From the IMG/VR virus record IMGVR_UViG_3300025663_000002, positions 13,979 through 77,978 of that record: DNA of 64,000 nt; one strand, 5' to 3'. The notes under the pieces were generated by a model. The model had not been told where the DNA came from. It saw only the letters and a list, made by a program, of their open reading frames with translations, and did not search any database. Shown here one piece after another: positions 9,601-19,000 of the stretch; position 1 is the stretch's first letter, and each line of letters opens with the position of its first letter. Made by a program: the position numbers and the translations under genes. This DNA is from a virus (Duplodnaviria > Caudoviricetes).

Positions 9601-12600
9601 CCAAGCAAGTGCTGATGAAGCAACGTGTCATAATGTTGGTCATTCTTGGGGATACTTTACATTAGCAGAACTTCCTCCTATGAAAGGACACGTTTCATAT
9701 TTCGTTAAAGGAGAAGTAGTAGATAGACAACGTGGACGTACTGCAGACCCTCTTACTAGAGAACAAGCAAGACAACTAATTGATGGTGATATTGCTTCTG
9801 TAACACTTTACGATAACGTCGGAGCTTTAGATAAAGAAGGAAACCCTACATACGACGAAAATGATATTACTATTGGTGGAACAATTACAAATATTCGTGG
9901 AGAAATTACTAGTGGTCACTATCACGAATATGCTGTAACATATGATGCAGATTGGAAAACTAAACAAGATTGGCGAGGCAACAATTTAACGCACGGGTTC
10001 GTTTACACACCAGTAACTACGTTCTTGTGTTTTAACTATAAACCAGATTTACCTGTTGACGAGACAATCATGGGTGGTATGGATTTCACTGGTCAACCAT
10101 GGCCACAAAATGTATTCATGGATGTTCCAGATTCATACGTTGGAGGATTCTTAAATAATCCAGATATCACATTACAACACAATCAAGTATGGGCTGAAGA
10201 TTTAAACCCTAATGTAGATTGGGTTGAAATATATTCATCTAACTTTATTCAAGATGTTCCTGGTTCGGGTACGATTGACGACTTGATTGGTGCAGAACAA
10301 GTTGGGGTTAATACTGATATTGCTACAATCAAAGCATATCCAAGAATGAATGAAGATTACATCGCATTGATAGACCAATCAGGTTTCATTTATTTACAGA
10401 AGGTGTCTGGTGAATGTTCAGATAATGCTTGGGGTAATAAACAAGATTGTTTAGACCTAGCAGGTATTTGTTCCAATACAACATTTAATAACAATCAAAT
10501 TTTATGTGAAAGTTCTGGTACTTGTTCAGACATCACATTTACTGACGAAACTCTTTGTTTGGTTGATGGTACTTGTTCAGACGGACTACTTCTTACGCAA
10601 TCTACGTGTGAAAGTGCGGGCACTTGTTCAGATGTTTCATATACAGCAGAAAATATATGCACTTCGTCTGGTGAAACTTGGACTCCCGCGGGTAACGTTT
10701 GGTCCACAATAAATAGTTGGAGTTTAGAGACTTGGACTCCTGCAACAAACACGTGGACAGTTCCTGATACAGCACCTTTATTGTTCATGGACTTGACTTC
10801 ATTACAACATGTTATTGGATTAGGTCCGTTTGGGAATTACGACGAACGTGGTGTACTAGGTTTAGCATTCCATCCAGATTATGTCAATAATGGTAAATTC
10901 TACGTTTACTATATGACAGAGCAAGGTGGAGGTACTGGATCGTTTGGATATCCGTTATCTACATCTGTTATTTCTGAATTCACTGCTACTTTTGGTGGTA
11001 ATTGGGACGTTGCTGATGTCACTTCAGAAAGAATTCTACTAGAAATCCCTCAACCAGATATGAACCACAACGGTGGTGAGTTAGAATTCGGTCCAGATGG
11101 ATACTTATACATCGGTTTAGGTGATGGTGGTAATGCTGGCGACACATCAACAACAACAGGTCATGGAGGTCATGGTGATTACGGTAATGCTCAGAATCCA
11201 ACAAACCTATTAGGCAACATTTTAAGAATTGATGTAACGGAAGATACTGTTAATAGTATGCCGTACACAATTCCTGCGGATAACCCATTCATTAATTCAA
11301 TTTATAAAGAAGGTCAGGCAGAAGCACAACCATTCAGACCAGAAATATATGCATACGGATTTAGAAATCCGTGGAGATTTTCTTTCGATACAGACGATAG
11401 ATTGTGGTGTGCAGACGTAGGACAGAACAAATTTGAAGAGGTAAACATTGTTGAAAAGGGTGGCAACTATGGTTGGAGAGTAATGGAATCATATCATTAC
11501 TACGAAGAACAGCAGTCTGTAATCGACCAAATGGCAATTGACTTAGGGTACACCACTACATTAGAGTATTTAAGCGATTTGAAGAAACCTATCCATGAAT
11601 ATTCTCACGGAACTGGTATTTCTGTCTTAGGTGGGTTTGTTTATCGTGGCACAGAAGTTCCAGAATTGACAGGTAAGTATATATTTGGAGATTGGGGTAA
11701 AACTTGGGAAGGCACTAGTGGACAACTATTTGCTTTAGAAGAAACCGTAGCAGGACTTGCTGCGAACTTTAATGTGTTGCCAAATGCAGTTAATGGGGCG
11801 ACGCACAGTCATACATTAACATTAACCACAGCAGAAGTTGACTTCTTACAAGCAAACCCAGGAAGTCCAGTAGTAACAATACAAACAGATTCAGTGCATG
11901 CCGAGTTTTATGTTCATACGTTTACGGTGACGTATAGTTCTGCTGATGGATTGTTCCATATCATTGGACAAACAAACCCAGAAGGTCATGACTTATTAGA
12001 GTTCGATGGTTGGTCTGACGATGTTGGATATAATAGAAGGTCTTTATCTTTCTGGGATCCTGTTACGGAAATTGTAACATTAACCACATTCGACGAATCT
12101 CTTTTAACTATGGGCGAAGATACACAAGGTGAGATTTATTTCTCAACTAGAGTTGGTATTGGCACATTCAGACCGCCTGGTATTGGACCGAATAATACTA
12201 AAATCTTTAAGATTACAGACTCTTATAGTTCAGTTGACGTTCCAAACGCTCCAGCTCAAATTCCAGTAACACAAAAAGCTCATACACATGGATATAAAGT
12301 AACATACAACTTCACCGAACAAATGTTTGAGGTTGTTGAAATTTCTGATATTGAAATGTCAACGTGGGACGCATTTTGGCCAATATGGGAGATTAATGAT
12401 CCAGCTTCGCACGTCCATCCAGTTATTACTGCATGGTCCCATGCAGTTGATGTTGAAATACCATTAGGTTCTTCTGCTGGTTGGCACTTCGACGAGGTTA
12501 CTCAAGAATGGGGACCATACGATATTGGTGCTGATACTGCTTGGGCGCCTCCTTCTGTTGATACTGGTGGTTATGTTACAATTGACGTTGCACCAAACCT

Positions 12601-14818
12601 TGCGGTGTCAATGGCAAATGAATATGGAGTTGAAGGACATTTCCATTACTTCGACGATGTTATTTTAGATTCTTTCGGTACTAATTATGGCAGACGATCT
12701 AACTCATTAAGTCGGGTTGGTGCAGAAATTCTCGCAAACCAAGAAGAAGGTTCTGTTCATACTTTATATTCTTCAATCGTAGACGACGGAACTCGACGAC
12801 ATTATCATGGTTATGATATTACATATTCTTCTGCACAACGTACATTTGTATTAGAAGAAACTGCTGAGTGGGAAGAGGGTGTACGTGATACTGGTGCGTA
12901 TATATTAGTTGGAACTCAAACCCACGAACATCCAACTTCAGTTGACGGACTACTAACGTCTGTTGGTTGGAACGGTGACCCATCATTTGAAGCACCATCG
13001 GCTGTCATCGGTCAGGCAAATGACTGGGACAATCTTAATGGGTCTTTAATTCCTCATCAACATTACTTTAATGATACTGGGTTAGACCAAGTTGGACCTA
13101 ATTCTGACAGAACTGCAGTTTATTTATCAAACACGCAAACAACCGACTTAATTTCGGGTGCTATTGAGAATGTTACATTATATTCTTCAATTTACCAAAA
13201 CCATTACCATGAGTACAATGTAACGTTCGACTCATTAAATGGTTCTTTAGTTATACAAGAAGTAGAACAGTGGGTATCTGCTGACAATCAACAATACTTT
13301 ATTAGAACTCCTGCTGATCACAGGCATCCAGTTTCCGTAGATGGTGTTCCTAGTGGAACTGGATATAATCAGATGATATCTATAAATAGTTTGCCTATAT
13401 TTGATTCTCCAGGTTTCCCTTATCCTGGTGGATCACATCCTCACTTCTTCAACGGCACAGTTGTTGGTCCATTCTCGGACGGCACTATTGAATATTCTGT
13501 TGGGTTAAGTGTTGATCAATCGTATAAGTTGATTGATGGTATAATTAATCAAGTTACACTTTATGACTCTATTTCTGGTGGACATTTTCACTCGTATGTT
13601 GTTAAGTGGGACGATTTGAATAATATATTCTATTGTACAAGTTCAGTTACATACGTTCGTGGTGGAATTGAAGACGCAACACAAGATACTGGTAAATATT
13701 ACCTATCGCAAATTCTAGGACCATCTGAAGGGTTGCATTGGCACAACTTAACGATTGACTGGAATCCAAATAATGAGGCAGTAGCACAGCAAAGTGGTGG
13801 TTCTATTTACCAAACAAACATAGCAAGTTCATACGAAACGTTAGTCAATCCTCCTTCAGTTGAAGTTAATGTTAATACAACAGCATTATCTCCTGTATCT
13901 ACAAGTTACCCAGATACACCGAGTGTTGGTGACAACACAACCATTATAACGTACAGTGATTTGACAACTACGACAACGACGACAACGACTATCACAAACG
14001 TAACAGAAACTATTACAACTAATATTTCAGACGGAACAAGTTCTTCTACAGTATTACCTCCAGTAGTTTCAACGGATGTAGATGTTGTGCAATCAACTCT
14101 GACGATTGAAAATGAACTCAAACGTAAGACATTTGTTAATAATATACTACAAGTTAATAATGCACCAACTATATGGATTGGCAATACATTTATTGACGGT
14201 GAAGGTTCTCATGATCATTTACTATACCAAGGTTGTTCTTTAGATACACAAGGACCGTTCTCGGGTAGAATGTGTGAACCAATTACCTTGGCAACTGCTA
14301 ACTTATTAATTAATGCGCAAGACCCTACTTTTGGAACAATTTTTTATGATTCTCCCAACGGCAACTTGTCGCATTATCATAGTTACTCGTTGAAGTTTAA
14401 CCCTTTCTTAGGTGACGACGGAACGTTCCTTGCTTTACCAATTAGTCAGTTTGATAGATTCCCTGGATCGGGTACGAACGTTCATAAGTTTATGTTAAGT
14501 GGTGGTTTCCACACCCATACATATTTCTTAACTGAGGCAGAATATGCTACGTTAGTTGGAGGAGGTTTGGTTCAAACCTCCCAAGCAGACGCTATTCACG
14601 CAGAACTATATACGCACACTTTAGTAATTAGACTTGTAAATTTCCAATATCAAATTGTATCTCAGTCGTCGGACTTTGATAACCACGATACCGTAATATA
14701 TCAAGGCATGGTTGCTGAGGGTGGACAATGGATTCAAAATCAACAAGGTTCTGGACTAGGTGACCATATTCATTCTACTACGATAGACGAATCGAATATA
14801 TGGCCTGTTCCAGCATAG
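6671..14818 (+). CDS. gp7: Baseplate wedge initiator gp7-like N-terminus fused to a very large accessory region (Cys/Trp modules, GSDH-type beta-propeller, HxH repeats); 2715 aa
   Basis: gp7 motifs VPEYVREDHPMFVTFMQKYFEYL, YKEKGTKSALDFLFR, QDNNYYQDFSYVIRS, LVHPVGLKLF in the first ~340 aa; synteny gp6-gp7-gp8. Confidence 0.88.
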   Translation: MSNKQFTESPAKFLSIFVERMVPEYVREDHPMFVTFMQKYFEYLERETDVNGELGEYKQISDLIQNVDIDHTLDQFIPEFEKQYLHNIPHEAIGAEVETTDKSFLTKNIKESYKEKGTKSALDFLFRREFDTEAYVAYPKDFMLKASGSIWYEPQWLEVSEPEEDVRKLYNKKVIGQISGATAFVDIEETAVMPEIEKLLLTQVEGSFVQGEEIWEEVGTSGLTPNKLTVVSDGIIAPATCYINGVAWSTTYGANVPQTKTACESLKETDNTIKTAVWLPNGYWVDSAGFLSSDRKMQDNNYYQDFSYVIRSDVPVQAYRDVLKKLVHPVGLKLFAEYMFETTVPMGTKLPEKYAAYLIAIFSYLDVAVDIYPNGKCSDYQITDEMTCNDSGATWTRGQSYRTTHRKTYEWTRPETFELQEDITIPWNHMRSDGTTREDIVNGVPQGSGQDEVILSGTIINTTLPKGEERYRTKVWKCSEPTGNYSYGSESELLVASTNCFAAGGEWSQHITGSNYSDMTDEWIFVDNQWKPESIYTKKETQIGEEHEGFEKFLDQGFEDYVLEILKKTEVKSEILEPLDWNHPTDHLLLDVTTEPNVIGTRLHSKLYQVFTMNENIKLGLDAFPEKLILAYYQQIKILDTEVQGALDNTLNIRRTFKGIKEYQTTNSVCSDPTITSYTECVDGGTCSDSNYNNDEYSCLNVGSCSSAADGLFTELLCKGSGFIWTPQSPENVWTSSGNTWTHENVDWLGTYNEEFKATDGRMIGCEVWELLVAKGLESILEYNLRIVQVESYAPQQNYRFWEQNRENTIIQSIYGNTNDIIDAVHIEAFDVDGGIRTHMHGEVDGFAPMVDTVLTKGVDLPQMAVGASAFHTHSFDGTELKNLLVHGKSIDASGISYQQTRDLLNREAFEIPDFHGANLVCGGIMTPPLWGDWVDSVQDPRYNGVGECFNSIYENETDCVGFYGDPMFWMSPSCSDQASADEATCHNVGHSWGYFTLAELPPMKGHVSYFVKGEVVDRQRGRTADPLTREQARQLIDGDIASVTLYDNVGALDKEGNPTYDENDITIGGTITNIRGEITSGHYHEYAVTYDADWKTKQDWRGNNLTHGFVYTPVTTFLCFNYKPDLPVDETIMGGMDFTGQPWPQNVFMDVPDSYVGGFLNNPDITLQHNQVWAEDLNPNVDWVEIYSSNFIQDVPGSGTIDDLIGAEQVGVNTDIATIKAYPRMNEDYIALIDQSGFIYLQKVSGECSDNAWGNKQDCLDLAGICSNTTFNNNQILCESSGTCSDITFTDETLCLVDGTCSDGLLLTQSTCESAGTCSDVSYTAENICTSSGETWTPAGNVWSTINSWSLETWTPATNTWTVPDTAPLLFMDLTSLQHVIGLGPFGNYDERGVLGLAFHPDYVNNGKFYVYYMTEQGGGTGSFGYPLSTSVISEFTATFGGNWDVADVTSERILLEIPQPDMNHNGGELEFGPDGYLYIGLGDGGNAGDTSTTTGHGGHGDYGNAQNPTNLLGNILRIDVTEDTVNSMPYTIPADNPFINSIYKEGQAEAQPFRPEIYAYGFRNPWRFSFDTDDRLWCADVGQNKFEEVNIVEKGGNYGWRVMESYHYYEEQQSVIDQMAIDLGYTTTLEYLSDLKKPIHEYSHGTGISVLGGFVYRGTEVPELTGKYIFGDWGKTWEGTSGQLFALEETVAGLAANFNVLPNAVNGATHSHTLTLTTAEVDFLQANPGSPVVTIQTDSVHAEFYVHTFTVTYSSADGLFHIIGQTNPEGHDLLEFDGWSDDVGYNRRSLSFWDPVTEIVTLTTFDESLLTMGEDTQGEIYFSTRVGIGTFRPPGIGPNNTKIFKITDSYSSVDVPNAPAQIPVTQKAHTHGYKVTYNFTEQMFEVVEISDIEMSTWDAFWPIWEINDPASHVHPVITAWSHAVDVEIPLGSSAGWHFDEVTQEWGPYDIGADTAWAPPSVDTGGYVTIDVAPNLAVSMANEYGVEGHFHYFDDVILDSFGTNYGRRSNSLSRVGAEILANQEEGSVHTLYSSIVDDGTRRHYHGYDITYSSAQRTFVLEETAEWEEGVRDTGAYILVGTQTHEHPTSVDGLLTSVGWNGDPSFEAPSAVIGQANDWDNLNGSLIPHQHYFNDTGLDQVGPNSDRTAVYLSNTQTTDLISGAIENVTLYSSIYQNHYHEYNVTFDSLNGSLVIQEVEQWVSADNQQYFIRTPADHRHPVSVDGVPSGTGYNQMISINSLPIFDSPGFPYPGGSHPHFFNGTVVGPFSDGTIEYSVGLSVDQSYKLIDGIINQVTLYDSISGGHFHSYVVKWDDLNNIFYCTSSVTYVRGGIEDATQDTGKYYLSQILGPSEGLHWHNLTIDWNPNNEAVAQQSGGSIYQTNIASSYETLVNPPSVEVNVNTTALSPVSTSYPDTPSVGDNTTIITYSDLTTTTTTTTTITNVTETITTNISDGTSSSTVLPPVVSTDVDVVQSTLTIENELKRKTFVNNILQVNNAPTIWIGNTFIDGEGSHDHLLYQGCSLDTQGPFSGRMCEPITLATANLLINAQDPTFGTIFYDSPNGNLSHYHSYSLKFNPFLGDDGTFLALPISQFDRFPGSGTNVHKFMLSGGFHTHTYFLTEAEYATLVGGGLVQTSQADAIHAELYTHTLVIRLVNFQYQIVSQSSDFDNHDTVIYQGMVAEGGQWIQNQQGSGLGDHIHSTTIDESNIWPVPA

Positions 14819-14834
14819 TAACAACAAAAAACGT

Positions 14835-14851
14835 TATAAATATTATAAATA
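14835..14851 (+). promoter_or_regulatory. Tandem T4-type late promoters (TATAAATA x2)
   Basis: TATAAATA at 14835-14842 and 14844-14851 upstream of gp8. Confidence 0.8.
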
Positions 14852-14889
14852 GAATTATTAAATAAAACATTTAACTTAGGAGTAAACAC

Positions 14890-15978
14890 ATGGGTGCAAT
14901 TGTAACCAGTAAATTTAGAACTCAGAACTTGATGGTTTTCATCGACCAGTTTAAAACCACTGGTGTTGCGGCTGATGATAACTTCTTGTACTTAGGATTC
15001 GGACGTTCGGAAGCATGGTCGGACGACGTGAACGGAAACGACGAATCAAACGGTAACTTTATCTTACCAGACCCTCTTGACGAGGACGAGGCAAGATATT
15101 GGGCAGATATCGTTGGAGCAAAACGTATTCAGGACGATGATATTTCTCCTGTACTTCCTCGTATTGACTGGGACAACGGTGACCCGTATGCATTTGACGG
15201 TTCTGAAGGTGTAACAGGTATTCCTGACGCAGGTCGTTCATTTATCTCTATTGTTGGTTCTCATTCTATTGCAATGAATACAGAATACCGAGTGTATGAA
15301 TGTGTGAAAGAGCCTGGTGGAGCATATTGTGACAACTACACAAGCAATAGTGCAACTGATTGTGCTGCAGCTGGTGCGACTTGGACTGCAGAAACAAGTG
15401 GTTTTGGTAAATGTTACATTGGTGGTTCTTATTCAGCAATTCAAACAGATAGAACAACTTGTGAATCAACTACTGGTGGACTTTGGTTACCAAACGCTGC
15501 TTCTAATAGTCCTACTGGTGCGACTGGTGACACTCAACAAACCGTTGCTCAAGTAATTGACACATTAGATGGTTATGTATGGAAATACCTATACAAATTA
15601 GAACTAAACGACATTATTAACTCAACTACTAACGACTGGATGCCTGTAATTTATGGTGACGCGGTTCTTGCTGGTTCTGAGCAAGCAGTGTTTGGTGATT
15701 CTAATGCGATCTTCTCTGCTAAGTGTCATCATGGATTGATTCACGTTCGCCTTGAAACTAGTGACGGTTTCCCTGATAACGATGACTTCCGTCAAATTGG
15801 TTTACTACGTAATCCAGAGTTAGACGGTGGTGGTTCTAAAGCGCAGTCTTCTGTGTATTCTGATGCTACTTTATCTTTAGAAGAAAATACTGGACAGTTG
15901 ATTTATTTGGAAAACAGACGTGCGATTACTCGTGCCCCTGACCAAATTGAGGACCTGAAACTTGTAGTAGAATTCTAA
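14890..15978 (+). CDS. gp8: Baseplate wedge subunit gp8 with a Cys/Trp-module insertion
   Basis: MGAIVTSKFR, YLGFGRSEAW, YRVYEC, DGYVWKYLY, DDFRQIGLLRNP, GQLIYLENRRAITRAPDQIEDLKLVVEF. Confidence 0.93.
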   Translation: MGAIVTSKFRTQNLMVFIDQFKTTGVAADDNFLYLGFGRSEAWSDDVNGNDESNGNFILPDPLDEDEARYWADIVGAKRIQDDDISPVLPRIDWDNGDPYAFDGSEGVTGIPDAGRSFISIVGSHSIAMNTEYRVYECVKEPGGAYCDNYTSNSATDCAAAGATWTAETSGFGKCYIGGSYSAIQTDRTTCESTTGGLWLPNAASNSPTGATGDTQQTVAQVIDTLDGYVWKYLYKLELNDIINSTTNDWMPVIYGDAVLAGSEQAVFGDSNAIFSAKCHHGLIHVRLETSDGFPDNDDFRQIGLLRNPELDGGGSKAQSSVYSDATLSLEENTGQLIYLENRRAITRAPDQIEDLKLVVEF

Positions 15979-15997
15979 ATCCCTTTTAAACTAACTC

Positions 15998-16005
15998 TAT
16001 AAATA
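15998..16005 (+). promoter_or_regulatory. T4-type late promoter inside a 24 bp palindrome
   Basis: TATAAATA within ctaactctat-aaat-atagggttag (15991-16014). Confidence 0.75.
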
Positions 16006-16045
16006 TAGGGTTAGTGTAATTAGACACTCATTTTAGGATAATACT

Positions 16046-19000
16046 ATGTCGATTAATTTCAATACCGCTCCATACTACGACGACTTTGACGCAAATGACC
16101 AGTTCTTAAGGATTCTTTTTAATCCTGGACGTTCTGTTCAAGCTCGAGAGTTGACGCAAATCCAATCAATACTTCAGAATCAATTAAGTTCTGGAGCAAA
16201 TAACATTTGGAAAGACGGAACTGCAATTGTTGGTGCTGATATTGGTGTCAATAAAAGACATTATATTCAATTAGCAACAGCCGACGCCTCATGGTTAGGT
16301 CGTGTTGTAAAAGGAGTTACGTCTGGTGCGATCGGTAAAATTGTACAATTACACGATGACGAAACTCAGCCTGTATATTACATCAAACCTTTATCTAATG
16401 AGTTTGTTGTTGGTGATGCTATTGAAACTTACGATACACACTGTGACATAACGATTCCCGGCGTTACTTTAACGAACGGTGTATGTAGTGGTAATAGTTG
16501 GTATAATGGGTCAATGACGGTAATACGAAGTGTTGCTCTTGGTAATGAGGGCGTTGTGACTGGTATTGGTAAAGGACTAGAGGCTACGATTGGTAATGGT
16601 ATTTTGTATGTAGGAAATCATTTTGTTCCTGTTATATCCCAAACTATTTGGGTAGATTACACATCCGATACTCCTACAGCTGAAATTGGAATTGATATTG
16701 AAGAAACTATTATTGAGGCAACTTCTGACCCAAGGTTACTAGATCCAGCTTCTGGTTTCTATAACCAAAATGCTCCAGGTGCTGATAGGTATTCTATCAA
16801 TTTAAAATTAACTAAGTCATCAGACTCGGTTGATGGTACTAACTTCCTACCAATGATAGGTATTGTTGTTGGTAAAATTGATAAACCTGTATCACGTACT
16901 TCACTTAATGGACTTGTTGATGAACTTGCTAGAAGGACGTACGATGAGTCTGGTGATTACACAACAAAAAACTTTCCAATCGAAATTATCGAAGACGAAA
17001 CCAATGAAGCGAACTACATAGTTAAAATTGAAGCAGGTAAGGCGTATGTTAGAGGTTACGAAAACGAATTAACTTCTACTGTAGAACTAACAGCACCCAA
17101 AGGAAGAACAACGAGACATATCGTCAACGATAATATCCGTACAGAGTTTGGTCCTTATTTAGAGATTAACTCATTAGACGACGTTAGGGGAGTTTTTGAT
17201 GTATTTAAGAAAGAGAAAGTTAATTTCATTACAAATGCACTATACACCGGCGGTCAAGTACAAGATAAAATCGACTTATCTAAACGAATTACTCACTTCA
17301 CAAAATATGGGGATGCATTTAGAATTTATTTAGACACGGAAGAAGGTTTGGACATTATTGCTCCTGCTACTTATGTTGTTTCTGAATCTAATCCTGCGGT
17401 ATATGCAAAACTACATAGACCTACGGGTTCTACTGTCAGGAAAGGTGTATTTAAACCTTGGTTATATGAAACTGCAAGATTAACATCAACATTGACTGCT
17501 GGTCAAATTAACTATTCTACTCAAAAGAATTATAGTGTAGTTAATACTGGTGGAACTAACATGACGATTGCTTCTGCATATCCGTCTATGCATTGGGAAC
17601 GTGTTCTTTATATTTACAACGGAGACACTGGTTCAAATATTCCAGAGAAAGGAACAAGTTCAACCGCACCTGTTGTGTGGTATGCCGATACAACGGGTAA
17701 TGAAAACGTAGTTATCTATTTTGAAGACCAGGCGGGTGCTCCTAGTAATACATATCAAAACGATAACCTACAAATTATGTCGGATATGTATATATCAAAC
17801 TCTACTTGGAAGTCTATCACACATACAACTAAAACTGATGTGGATATTGTATTAGACGCAGACAATAAATTAATAATCGAGCCTGGTGTCAGTAAAATTA
17901 TTTCTATCACAGACCCTGGAGCAAATGACGTTACTGACGAATTTTGGTTCTTCGAGGGTGATTTTGATACAGAATACAAAAACGCTTATGTTCAATGGTC
18001 AAACCCAGATGAAAGTGTAATACCACAAACTGGTACATACACAGTAACATACGAAGTATTTACATACGGTTCTTCTACGGGTTCTTCGTTTACTGGTGTG
18101 AATTCATTCACGGACGGTGCTATCTCATACGCCGATATCGGCACATACGAAGGGTTCTTAGTACCAAATACTTACAGACTTTCTGATACGTTAGACTTTA
18201 GATGTACGGATGCTAATTTTAACGAAGGAAACTTCTTACCGTTGCCTGGTGGTGATATTACAGTTTCATATGATTACTACTTACCACGTGCAGATAGAGT
18301 AGTATTGAATACTGATGGTATTTTTGAAATCAAACAAGGGTTCCCATCGGAAGGAGCAAAACTTCCAAAAGAAAGAGAATCTGAAATGACTCTTTATAAC
18401 TTATATGTTCCTCCATACACATATCATGCGAAGAATATTTCAGTTACACATATTGATAATAAGAATTACAAGATGAGCGATTTGCGTGAGTTAGATGAAC
18501 GCATTTCTTCATTAGAATACTACACAGCATTAAATCTATTAGAAAAAGATACTGCTTCTATGCAAGTTATCGACTCAAATGGATTTGAAAGATACAAGAA
18601 TGGTATGTTAATCGATCCATTCGTTGACCATGGTATTGGTGACGTATCTAGCACTGAGTATTTTGTTTCAATTTACCCAGAAGCGGGTATTTGCACTACA
18701 CCTTTTGAAATGAAAGGGTATGACTTTGAAATGTCTAATTCGGGCACGACGGGTATGAGAAAAAGTGCTGAAGGGAAAACTTGGACATTAGACTTTAGTG
18801 TTGAAGAGGCTTGGTTGTCTCAACAATTTGCTTCATCTTGGATAAACTTAAACCCTTTCGCCAGAATGTCGTGGACAGGGTTTTTAGAACTCTCCCCTTC
18901 GTCTGACACTTGGTTTGAAGACCAATTTAGACCAGATATCGTAGTACAAAACGAAAACAATAACGCAGTATTGGCACAAGTTGAAGCATTTGGTACTCAA

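Noticed and set aside
10517-10632. CRISPR-like spacing: ggYacttgttcaga three times with a 51 bp period
   Set aside because: Repeat is only 14 bp, period is a multiple of three and it encodes GTCSD of the gp7 Cys module; no cas genes
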